In this document: piece by piece, positions 1-11,292 of the stretch | Layout of the letters: each line of letters opens with the position of its first letter | How positions within the stretch are numbered: position 1 is the first letter of the stretch | Source of the DNA: Girardia tigrina | Lineage: Eukaryota | DNA: 51,118 bases | Assembly (NCBI GenBank): GCA_001938485.1 | Contig: MQRK01239597.1 | Coordinates: 34,159 to 85,276 of the forward strand | Direction of reading: 5' to 3' | Made by a program: the position numbers and the translations under genes | Notes under the pieces: generated by a model | Database searches by the model: none | The model's input: the letters and a program-made list of their open reading frames with translations, nothing else | Told to the model about the DNA's origin: nothing

Positions 1-100
1 CAAACAATTCAATAGAAAATTGCTGATGATGATTTTTTTAAAAATCGAAACATGTCCAATAGTTGTATTAAAAAAGCTTTAATCAAATTATATTTTCGAA

Positions 101-134
<34 letters not shown>

Positions 135-149
135 TTTTGAATAAGGCTT

Positions 150-340
150 AATGCAACTTAGATAAAACAGAACAAAAACACCATTTATCAAAAACTTTAT
201 TTCGTAAAAAGTCATTTACGAATGGTTTTCTGACTGTTACACCATAAATAATTTCCTATTTTTTTAAAAAACTTTAACGTGTTTAGATAAATCACTTTGT
301 AAATTTAAGCGCGGTTTTAATTGCGTAATGTAAAGGCAAT
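150..340 (-). mobile_element. Penelope-like retroelement 3' end relic
   Basis: The reverse complement aligns with 22550-22780 and encodes LYITQLKPRLNLQSDLSKHVKVF*, followed by the shared tail ...ttgataaatggtgtttttgtt...tatctaagttgc. It has an internal deletion relative to that copy. Confidence 0.65.
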
Positions 341-937
341 ATACACAAAAAATATACAAGAATATTTTAGTTTTTATTGAGAGACAGGAATTAGTGTTTT
401 AGTAATTATTATTGGGTTGATAGAGTATGGAGGCGATTGAGTTTTTTTTATTGACGGATGTATTTGGATTCACTTTCGACAGTGTTAGTATTATCTGTGG
501 TAAAGTTGATGGTATTGTCAAGAGTAAATTCGAGAAATGTTTATTTGATTTTTTATATTGCTTATTTTTATTTTTATATTTATTTTTATTTTCGCTTCCA
601 CAGGATACCAGAAAAGCTAAACTGCATTTTTAGGTTAAAGGCTTTAGACCCGCAGATATAGCTTCAACAAGAAAATTAATCCGTCAAATTAAAATTATAG
701 CTCAGAAAATAGAGAAAAAGAAACGTCAAAAGAGAAAAAAAATTTTTTTTAGAAAAAAAATCCGTCTTTAACAAAGGTAAATTAAATCAGATTAAATAAT
801 AATTCTGGCGTCCCATAGAAATATGGGATATTTGAATATTTAAAAATTCAAATAAAAAATCAATATTGAAATTATTATTTCATTAATAACGTAAATCTGA
901 TTGAAATTCAGATTGTCAAATTTTTAATTACTCACTG

Positions 938-1066
938 CCAGACTAGTTCTTTATTGTCATTAGTCTAATAATTCGACTCAAAGAAATTTTTACCTACCAG
1001 TCTAATTACCAGACAAGTTCATGACTACCATTTGCTTATTATTTCGACGTCAAGAAATTTTTATCT
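938..1066. repeat. Degenerate tandem duplication, ~71-bp period
   Basis: ccagactagttc...ttcgactcaaagaaatttttacct at 938 recurs as ccagacaagttc...ttcgacgtcaagaaatttttatct at 1009. Confidence 0.55.
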
Positions 1067-1726
1067 GACTTGTAGATACAATTATATATTTACAAAAGAA
1101 GGTACCATTGACAAAGGTCTAAACTATTTCTGAATAATAACATTGACAGTGTGAAGATCCATCTAAGTGGTATTGATATTTTTTCTTTTTAGTATTTCAA
1201 AATTTTAATTAGTTTAAAGAGAATTCTGTTGAAAGTTTGCTTGTTTTTGTTAAATTTGTAAATAAATAATTGAGAACCAGTAATACTCATTCTTGTTCAA
1301 TAAAAGAAAGAGAATATTCTTTGATTGATCTCTTTTCGGTTTATTGAATCAATCAGATAATTTTCTTGATTTAAGAATTTAAATTAGTCATAAAACGTAC
1401 ATCCACTATTACAGCCTATTACAATTACATAATGTTACAAACCAATACCAAAACACTTAATAAATAATTAATCAATTGATCATCCGCTCGGAATTTGTGT
1501 ATACTCAACCTTGAGTATATCAAGGTTTTTTTTGCATCGAAACAATGTAATAGAACTTGTTTGATTTGATCACAATCATCTAATGTATAATGCTTAGTTT
1601 AGTTTGATAGCTGCTAGATTTTGATAAATATTTCAAAGGTAGACTCAGAGATTTATCTGAAATTTAGGTATTCTGTTAGCGCTTTTACAGAATATTACCC
1701 ATTACCTCCAAAACATTAGCTTTATA

Positions 1727-2914
1727 TTGGGTTGGCTAAAAAGTCATTGCGTTTTTGAGAACGTCCTAATAAAAAGTTTGAAAATATGAAACGATGTGAT
1801 AAAATTTAAATTCAATTTTATATTCTGAAACCTTAAATTTTCGGACTATGTTTATACAAAATATTAATTGATTTTGTTTTAATTTATTACTTTACCGCCA
1901 ATTCGAAATGTGCAAGTGACTCCTTAAAACTTCGACAGTGTCAATACTGGTTTTCTAAATTTCGTTCTGAAAAAATTCATCTGAAAGATGCACCACGCTC
2001 CTGTCGACCAGTTGACGTTGATGGCGACAAAATAACAGCACTGATCAAATCTAATCCACATATGACGACAAGAGAAGTTGCAGAGACTCTGGAAATATCA
2101 AAATCAAGTGTTGGAAGTCATTTAAAGAAACTTGGATTTGTCAGTAAACTCGATATGTGGTTACCACATAAACTGAAAGAAATTCATTTGGTGAAACGTA
2201 TAGACATTTGCAATTCCCTTTTGAAGCGAGAACAAAGTGATCCATTTTTAAGCGCTTGATTACGGGTGACGAAAAATGGATTGTTTACAACAATGTGGAA
2301 TGCCGACGCTCATGGACAAAACGTGGTGAGCCTGCCAAAACGATCATAAAAGCAGAAATTCATCAAAAGAAGGTTATGCTTTCCGCCTGGTGGGATTTTA
2401 AAGGATTTGTGTTTTTTGAACTCCTGCCGAGGAATAAAACCATCAATTCAGACAGATATTGTGGTCATCTGGAGAAATTGGCTCATTCAATTCAACAGGA
2501 ACGTCCTGAATTGGCAAATCGAAAAGGAGTTGTAATTCAGCATGATAACGCAGGACCGCTTACAAGTTTGACCACTCGCCAGAAACTCTTATCACTGGGT
2601 TGGGGGATTTTGCCACACTCACCGTATTCTCCAGACTTGGCCCCATCGGATTTTCACTTATTTAGATCACTGCAGAATTCCTTAAACAGAAAAACATTCG
2701 CCAGTGATGATGACATCAAATCGTTCCTAGACGGCTTTTGTGCTGATAAAGGCAAAGGTTTTTATGAATCAGGAATAATGAAGCTACCGGAAAGGTGGAA
2801 GAAAGGCATTGAAAATAATGGACAGTATATCGTGTAAAAATATTTGTGCATCCATGTCATTTTTTGATAATAAATATTTTAGTAAAAAACGCAATGACTT
2901 TTTGGCCAACCCAA
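1727..2914 (+). mobile_element. Mariner (DD34D) DNA transposon, near full length, inactive
   Basis: TIRs TTGGGTTGGCTAAAAAGTCATTGCGTTTTT / AAAAACGCAATGACTTTTTGGCCAACCCAA, with TA duplications at 1725-1726 and 2915-2916. Confidence 0.95.
1921..2837 (+). pseudogene. Mariner transposase pseudogene (N-terminus deleted, 1-nt frameshift near 2250)
   Basis: Motifs WFSKFRS, WLPHKL (WVPHEL), TGDEKW, HDNAGP and HSPYSPDLAPSDFHLF. ORFs 2062-2259 and 2256-2837 are in different frames. Confidence 0.93.
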
Positions 2915-4910
2915 TACAATGTAATCTTTTGATCGACCACGTAGAACGGTGTTTTCAGTTTTCTATCTATCAGACATGGTTCTGCAATGATTTGAGTAAA
3001 TAAGAAAGTCTTCAAACTAGCAATATATTCTTCAACATCGTCTCCTTATTTGAAATATACCAGTTGTATTTGTTCCAGAAAATATTCGCAACTTTATGGA
3101 ATCATTATGTTTTATTTGGATTCAGAGTCCATTTCCAATTTTGGAATAAAAAATTAATTAAATAAACATTTTATAATAAATATTCAAAAAAGACTAATAG
3201 GTGGAAATCAGAAAAGAAATTTTCGCATCTGCTTTTCCAAAACATTAATAATATTACCACATTTGTAAGAAGATTCTCCTCTTTCTACAACACGATTCTT
3301 CCATTAATTAGAAAAAAATATTCTGAGTAAATATTTGTATAATTTCTTTCTCAATTATAAAATTTTCTGTGTTAAATAAAATTATTATAATTTGAGTATA
3401 TTACTAAATCATTATCAATATTCTTCTATAAAATTAATAAATAAAAAATTTCCTTTAATCAAACGATATTTTTAGCGGAAAACAAAACTGATATAAAAAA
3501 TCACTTTTTGGTTAATTATTTTTTTATTTTATTTCATTTTATTTTTTTTATCAAATTAAAATTGTTTGAGAAATATTTTAAAAAAAATATTTTCTAATAA
3601 TTATTATATTTATTTTGAGAAAAATATTTTTTATTAGTTTTGTTCAAATTTTAATATTAAATTAAATCTTTTTTATAGGAATTTATCGAAAATTTTTAAT
3701 ATTTAACTTGTTAGAATAAATAAAAAAAATACTTGAAACTATTATTTAAAAAAATAAATTAAGCTATTGTAAAAAAAATTCAAACTATATTTAATTAAAT
3801 AAATAAATAAATATTATTTATTTTTTTAAATAAAAATCCACATTTTTGTTACAAAACAATTAAATTTTTGGGAAAATAGTAATTAAAAATCCAACGGGAA
3901 AATTAATATATATTCAAAATAGTTTGTTCATTTATTTTAAGGGAAAAGTTATTTTAAATTTAAAATTAACATTTGAATAAATGTTAATTTGAAAATAATA
4001 AAAGTACAAAATTAGCATAATAAATTATATAAAAATATTTTTAATTTTAAAGTTCAAATAAAACAATCAGTCTTATATAAATATAATATGATATAATAAA
4101 TAACTTAATTAAAAATACTAATAAACTTTTGAGATTGTCTTATTTATAAGATTGTAGTTTTGCAACATTCGGTTGTAAAATTCATTTGGATACAGAGAGA
4201 GTTATAGTACAGCCTAACCCTTATACAGTCAATCCTGAGCACTTTTGGTTCCCATGCTGCTCCAATAAACTGCAATTGCCGCTCCATTTTTCTCACACTT
4301 ACAGAGTGCTTATACCGATTATTTTCGGTTCCAACGTTATATATCGTTTCAAGCTTATATTGTTCGACTGACGCTGTAACTAGGGTATGTTAGCGTAGAC
4401 TAGGCACCATAAAAGATTTTAAACTTATTTTGTTTTTTGGTTGTTTTTCAACATTTCACTCTCAAATGGCTTATTAAAACCTACAAATATAAAACATTAT
4501 TTGAATTTATTAATATATGCTATTTGTAAAAAAAAACAAAAAAACAAAATCTAAACAGTATTCGGCCACCGGGTTTGAGAATGGCGATCTTTATATGTCA
4601 GAATTAGAGTTTGCTTTAAAATTTCCATATATTCTGATAATGATATTCAGCTTAAGAATAAATGTAAAAACAAATCACAGATGAGTATGAGGAACGATTT
4701 CATAATACTCTTTCAACTCCTAATATAAAATATTTTTTACTCTAATATGTACTCCTAAGATAAACACTGTAAGAAAGTCACAGAAACCCAAACAATCAAC
4801 TAACATTATTTATAATAATCTACATTTCCGTCGTAAATGATCTTATCCTTATTTTATTGTGATCGAACTTACAACTCTTCCTTTCGTCCTTTCGTTCATT
4901 GAGTTATTAT

Positions 4911-5015
4911 AGTTAAATCTCCAGGTTTCACTTCAGGATTCATAATAACAACAAGTAGAATTTATTAATTATTTACAATCTTTTTAGAATACTTAAACAA
5001 ATAATAATCACAACT
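4911..5015 (-). repeat. 3' LTR of family A copy 1 (105 bp)
   Basis: Direct repeat of 9196-9300 with 5 mismatches by eye. Termini AGTT...AACT, adjacent to the PPT. Confidence 0.92.
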
Positions 5016-5025
5016 TTCCCCTCTT

Positions 5026-8000
5026 TTATAATTCGTTATTCACTTTCTTAATCCACTCAATTCTTCGACGAATTATGTTTCCATCTTTCAAATTCTGTAG
5101 TTCCAATTGGTGTGGCAATATATGTCTTAAAATTTGGTACGGTTCATCGAATGGGAAAGTGTCCTTTCTCAGTTTTGTAGGATCTTGTTTTACAAAAACT
5201 TTCTGACCATCCTCGAAATGTTGATTTGTTCTCTTCTCTCTCTCCCAATTTTCCATTCGTCTTGCCGCTTTCTCTAAATTTTCTCTGACCTTCATCTTGA
5301 TCACGTTGCTCTCTTCCATTTTAGCTATTCCTGCTGCCGCATGTAAGTTTATTTTTCTACCAAACACAACTTCGAAGGGCGAATATCCGGTCGTACTCTG
5401 AACTGAGGCATTTAGACAGAATTCTATCTTCTGAATAATTTGCCACCATGATTATTTGTCTGTGTCTCTTCTGCTTGTTACTATCATGTCTCTCACTGTT
5501 CGAATAGTTCTTTCTGCCAACCCGTTTAATTGATGTTCAAATGGGCTACTAAATCTTTGTTCGATTCCATATTTCCTGCAAAAATCTTTAAATTTTCCGC
5601 CAGTAAAACATTTTCCATTGTCTGTTAATATTGTTTTTGGCTTCCCATATCTATATATCCATTTTATCAACACGAATTGAACTATGGTGTCTTCGTTTTG
5701 AGTTTTAATCTCTGTCAAAGAGACCAATTTCGAAAACTGATCCACCATGACAAATAGATATGGGTACATGCTATTCTAGTCACCCACATATGCGATATCC
5801 ATCACGACTTGCTCTAAAAACTCGTCACTTCTTATTGGATTCAACTTGTCTTTTGTTTTTTCACTTGGAATTTTTCTGCGTATACATTCCTGACATTCTC
5901 CTATAACGATATGCACCTCTTTTGCTAAATCTGGTAGCATTAAAAAGATTTGGGATGAACTTCTTTGTCTTTTTGATACCTACATGACATAAATCTCTGT
6001 GTATTTTCCTGATGAAATCTCTTCTAATTTGCTTCGGAACCAATGGTAACACACAATTTCCTTCTTGCCTACCCCATAACCCATTCTGATAAACTAATTG
6101 GTCCTTTAGTTGTAATAACTCCTTGGTGATTTCATTCCTTTCACCCTCTGCCATCTCCTGTATTTGTTTCAACTGGTTCATCTCTGAGCACTTTTCTTGT
6201 TCGTCTTTTATCCATTGAATTGTAGACTGAATCACCACTGTATTGATCTGTTTCACCCTTGCTTTTGTTGATTTTGGTTCTTCGTGTTTTGTTTCACATT
6301 GTGCACAAACGTCGTTGTATAGCCGTGATAATCCATCTGCATTTCCATGTTCGTCACCTTTTCTATACTTCAAATCAAAGTCAAAATCCGCCATGTTTGC
6401 TAACCATGTCTGGAATTGAGGAGTTATTGGTTTGGAAGTACTCTTCATATACACTAGTGCTTTATGATCAGTTCTTGCTGTAAATCGCTTGCCATATAAA
6501 TATTGTTTGAAATGTAACATGAACTCTTGCAAAGTTAATAGTTCCTTTCTAGTCACACAGTACCCTTTTTCATGTGCAGTTAAAGTCCTCGATGCATGCA
6601 CGATTATTACTTCTTTCTCTTCTGATATCTAACTAAGAACTGCTCATATCGATCCGAATGATGCATCTGTGTCTAAGATGAAATTATTATTCGGGTTCAC
6701 AAATGCTAATATTGGTGCACCACATAGCTTTTGCTTCAATTCGTTAAAACTTCTGTCGCACTTGTCTGACCAAAAATATTTCTTTACATTTTCCGCTGCA
6801 TGCAATGTATAAAGGTGCTGCAAATTCTGCGTAATTCTTGATAAATCATCGATAGTGTAGTTACACAGATCTAAAAATGCTCGTAAATTTCGAGTACACT
6901 TTGGAATCGGAAAATTTTGAATTTCAGCCACTTCAATTTATTTGTTGAGATACCTTCTTTGTTAATTTTATGTTCCAGAAATACCAACTCCCCCACTCCG
7001 AATTAGCATTTCCCTGGATTGATTTTTAAACCTCCTTTCTTCAGTCTATTCGGTACTTCTTCTAATAATCTCATATGATCCTTCATTGATTTTGAGTAAA
7101 TTAAGACATCATCTAGATATATTACTACTCCAAAGAATAGTAAATCTTCAAATAATGAATTCATTATTCTCTGAAACGTTCCGGGTGCTGTTAAAAGTCC
7201 AAACGGTACACGGTTAAAACAATACTACTGTGTTCTTGTGCAAAACGCAGTCTTTTCTTGAGAACTTTCATCCAATGCTACTTGATGGTATGCTTTGCCT
7301 AGATCTATACTGAAAAAAATTCTGGAGCCACCCAGAGCATCCATTAACATTTGGCTGTCCGGTATTGGAAAGGAAACTTTCTTTGATACCTCATTCAATT
7401 TTATGAAATCTAAACAAATTCGAATACCTCCATCTTTCTTTGGCGTAATGATTAATTTCATTCACATTTACATTTCCGAATTATTCCTGCCTTTTCAAAT
7501 CCCTTCAGAAACCTTTGATTTGACTTTCTAAATGAATCGATTGCCTTCTTGGATTCAGAAAAATCGGTTTACCTTCTGTTTCAATTTTATGGACAACAAT
7601 ATCCTTAAATCCCAGATTATATTCATGTTTCATGAAAACATCATCATATCGCTTCACAAGGTCTTCCAGTCGTTTGTTTTGCTCTTGCAGTTTCATATCT
7701 TTCTCCACTCTCACAACTGACTTCTTGGTAGTTTTTTCAAGTTTGATTCCGAATTTATGCATGACATGAACACCACAAATGACTGCCGGTCGGATTGCTT
7801 TCACCACTAAAAAATCTACCGGATGACACTCTTCTTTCCATTTCAACTTCACTGTCATTTTTCCCAAACACTTATGGCCTTCTGAAAACGCTCCATTTAG
7901 TATAATTGGGCTCTTTTCTTATCTTGGTTGTCCGATTTCCAACCAAAGCCTCTCACTAATAACTGAAACACCCGCTCCACTATCCTACAACATTAATACA

Positions 8001-8134
8001 TTGTGAATGTTCAGCTTAACATTGCTCCACCATCTACCATCTGACTCATCTACTATCTATGCAATTCGATATTTTGGATATTTTATACCGACTCCACAGA
8101 CGAAATGCTCACCATGGAGTCTCTGGCGTTTAAA
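5026..8134 (-). pseudogene. pol: pol (PR-RT-RH-IN) pseudogene
   Basis: ORF fragments 5026-5367, 5452-5769, 5861-6601, 6644-6931, 7225-7461 and 7505-7867 are collinear pol domains separated by stops and frameshifts. Confidence 0.92.
8061..8134 (-). promoter_or_regulatory. -1 programmed ribosomal frameshift signal (U UUA AAC plus predicted pseudoknot)
   Basis: The heptamer is in the gag frame, followed by a 6-nt spacer and a 10-bp stem. The -1 frame is the protease frame. Conserved at 42978-43051. Confidence 0.82.
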
Positions 8135-9228
8135 TCATCTTCATATTCATCTTTATATGATTCCATATCCATGTTGTCTTCATTGAACACATCTTTGATA
8201 CATGCTACATTAACATTCTTAATATGATTACAGTTTCTGAACCCACGTCCACTTTTTTCACAGATTAAACAATGATTATTTAAAGGACAATCTTTTCCAC
8301 AGCAATAACAATCCCCTGTGGTTAAATGTTCCTCTTCTGGAGTTGGAAGTCTCTTTATTTTGCAATACAACTTCCTTGCTTCGTACAAAGCCGAATGCAC
8401 CGGCAATTATATTGCTGTTTATCTTCTGACATACTACAGGATCCTTTCTTAATTTTATTAAATCTTTCCGATGGTATTCTGCGTTCCGTTCTTAATATTG
8501 GTTGTCTATCGTTTGATTCATTCAATCTTGCTGTATTTCTTTTATGTTCAGGATTCTCATATCTTCTAACTTGATATTTGTCTTTCTTTTCCATTTCTAC
8601 ATACGATGTTTTGACGGATAAAACATCATTTCTTTCTTCTTTTGATATGTTGTCCTCATAAATCTTAGCTTCCGCTTTCATTTCACCCACCGATATGTTA
8701 GGTTTGAAAACAAATCGATCCTTCAGAACTTTAGATTTTATCCGCTTTTTCAAAAGTTCATTCAAAATTTCTTCATCGCTGTTTCCTAAAATTTTCAATT
8801 GTTTTCCGAACCCTTAATTTGAATGTTTCGAATCTTTCATTCTCACCTTGATAAATTTGGCTTAGTTTGTCCAATTCTTCGAACAGCGGTACTTTCTTTA
8901 TAAATGTTTTCTGGTACCAATTTTTGGATTCCACATCAGACATTGGTTTCTTATCTTCTTCTGTTGCATTCCCCCAAAGAATCTTTGCTTTGTCTATCAA
9001 CAAATAGTTACACCGTTCCGAGAATGTTAACCCAAAAAATTCTGAGAATTTGCATATGTCTCTATACCATATTTGACCTTCAGAATCCACTCCAGTGTAC
9101 TCCTTCATTTTCTTCTCGAGAGTTTCCTTAAAGATTGATGGAAGTTCTAGTTTTGGAAGCATCAAAACTTTTATTGGAACGCCAGTGTGGTCGCCATTTA
9201 AATCTTCAGGTTTCACTTCAGAATTCAT
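8083..9228 (-). pseudogene. gag: gag pseudogene (two frameshifts)
   Basis: ORFs 8773-9228, 8355-8798 and 8083-8406. Degenerate CCHC knuckles CYCCGKD.. / CLICEKSGRGFRNC. Homologous to 43000-44129. Confidence 0.85.
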
Positions 9229-9300
9229 AATAACAACAAATAGAATTTATTAATTATTTACAATCTTTTTAGAATGCTTAAACAAATAATAATCACAACT
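9196..9300 (-). repeat. 5' LTR of family A copy 1 (105 bp)
   Basis: Repeat of 4911-5015. Its last base is shared with the first T of the PBS. It contains AATAAA and the gag-frame ATG at 9228. Confidence 0.92.
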
Positions 9301-9773
9301 ATTTTAGTTAAATATATTGTTTTACAAAGAACTAATTCTATATTTTCATTATTTATCAAAACATATGTTTAGTGAATCTCGAATTAAATATTAGGATTTT
9401 TTTAAAAAAAATTTTTAATTCAATTATGAAATTGATATTAATTTTTAACTTGAAAAAATATGTATTTTATATGAAAAAAATCAATTTAATTTGAAAAAAT
9501 ATCGATTTAATAAGAAAATTATGTATTTAATACGAAAAAATATCAATTTAATATGAAATAAAACTTTTAAAATACAAACGTTTACAATTCAGCTTGCCAC
9601 CAAGGAAGAAGTTTAATTAACTATAAATATAAAAATAACATTTAAAGTCTATTTTGCATAATAAATTAAGATTTTTTTATATTTAATTTATATTTTTTTC
9701 ATATTAAATTGATAATTTTTAATATTAAATACTTTTCTTTCACATTATATTGATAAATTTTCATTTTAAAATG

Positions 9774-9816
<43 letters not shown>

Positions 9817-10367
9817 AACAATAAATATTGATTATAATCAAAAGAATAAAATTAAATATGCAGAGTTCGATAATTCTTACGGGAAACTGGAATTATATGT
9901 AATTGTTCGCCGATGTAGCTCGTCAACATATAATCAAAAATCATTGTCTCCTCATTTTCGATCACAGACGACGTAAATTCCATAAATATCTCAATCAATC
10001 AAATATCGCGGAATACATTGTTGTAAAAGGAACTACTATGAGGAAGAATGCTCTCCGTGCAATATTGAATAAAAGCTATGTGGTTTTTGTGACAAGAGAC
10101 AAAAACGACGTGTAATTTGTAAGGGTGGTGACACATCAGAGATGTTAGTTAACACAAAATGAAATAGAGGAAAACGACAGTTTCAACTACAATGGAGGTA
10201 ATATGGGATCAGAAAATATTGTTGAGATAATATTCTATTTTGTCCCTCCCTGTGACCCAAATTCCGCTTAATAACGCCAAAGTGTCGCAATCACGCAAGT
10301 AATGCGCCTTCTCTATTATCAGCCAAGTAGGGGAAAATTGGCATTCGACACACAAGACCCCCCCCCC

Positions 10368-10500
10368 GTTGCATGACAACGGTTACCATAGCAACGGTCG
10401 CGGTTACCACAGCAACGGTCGCGATCACCCTAGCAACGGTTCCGATTGGTCCCCGGTACCTTGGAAACATTTCTGATTGGTTCCCAGGTCCCTAGAAATG
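10368..10500. promoter_or_regulatory. Left array of RFX X-box-like palindromes plus two inverted CCAAT boxes
   Basis: GTTGCATGACAAC 10368, GTTACCATAGCAAC 10382, GTTACCACAGCAAC 10403, ATCACCCTAGCAAC 10424, GGTACCTTGGAAAC 10455. GATTGG at 10444 and 10475. Motif match only. Confidence 0.55.
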
Positions 10501-11149
10501 GTTTCGGTATTAGATTATTATGCAGATGTTATGTATTATATTAATGCATGTTTGAAGTACAACAGGAGTTTTTACAAGTCGTTTTAACATGTAAAATAAA
10601 AAGTTATGTATCTTGGTTACGGTAACCATAGTACTTGTGATTATACTTGTGTACATTAGGAGATTCATGTGGTATTGTTGATGGTAAACAACATACATAT
10701 ATCATATGGGTATATACGAAAAATAGATTTTTGAGCACTTTTTTGAGAATTTCAGAAATGTTCGAAAAAATTGATTTATCAGCACTTTTTTGAAAATATT
10801 GATGTGGAATCTGAATGTACGTATATGAATTACTATTCAAGTGCATCAGCACTTTTTTTGATATTCTGCTTTTTTGTACCTTTAAAATCGATGTGCATTT
10901 TGTGTAAATTTGTACATTATGTTAATTATAGGGAAAAGTAATCAATATATGAAATTTCTAATTGCACATTCAGATAGAAAATCAAAATGTGCATCAAACA
11001 CATGATATAGATTTTTAACACTAGTACTTTTAAAAAATTTTATGTATTGATTTTTGCACTTTTGCACATGTGCAACTTAAAAAGCACTGTGCTAGCATAT
11101 TAGAAATGTGCGGCATAATGTGCACTATCGATTAGCACTTTTTTCTTCG

Positions 11150-11292
11150 GTTGCTAAGAAAAGGGTTGCGGTTGCTATGGATGCGGTAATCGTTACCATG
11201 GTTACAACCATCTTGAATCACTGCATCCATTGCTAATGAAAAAAGCCCTTGGTTACCGTTGCTATGGGAACCGTAACTGTTACTATGGTAAC
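11150..11292. promoter_or_regulatory. Right array of RFX X-box-like palindromes
   Basis: GTTGCTAAGAAAAG 11150, GTTGCTATGGATGC 11171, GTTACCATGGTTAC 11192, GTTGCTATGGGAAC 11258, GTTACTATGGTAAC 11279. Motif match only. Confidence 0.55.

Larger units (their letters stand above)
4911..9300 (-). mobile_element. Ty3/Gypsy LTR retrotransposon, family A copy 1 (4390 bp, degenerate)
   Basis: Order on the minus strand: gag with zinc knuckles, protease (ML*DSGAGVSVISE), RT (IYLDD), RNase H (LDTDAS, RKELL, TDHKAL), integrase (DQFSK, TDNG, NGLAER). PPT AAAAGAGGGGAA at 5016-5027. PBS TGGCGACCAC at 9187-9196. Flanks attat/atttt may be an imperfect 5-bp TSD. Confidence 0.95.

Noticed and set aside
350-661. 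Host exon near the window start
   Set aside because: Open frames are low-complexity, with no recognisable domain or clear splice structure.
4555-4615. tRNA-derived SINE head on the minus strand
   Set aside because: The resemblance is too short and degenerate, and there is no second copy in the window.
4911-9300. Errantivirus or giant retroelement
   Set aside because: There is no env or extra ORF; integrase ends at the PPT and the element is only 4.4 kb.
10382-10440. 21-bp periodic repeats as a CRISPR array
   Set aside because: There are no unique spacers or cas genes, the context is eukaryotic, and the repeats lie inside a TIR element.
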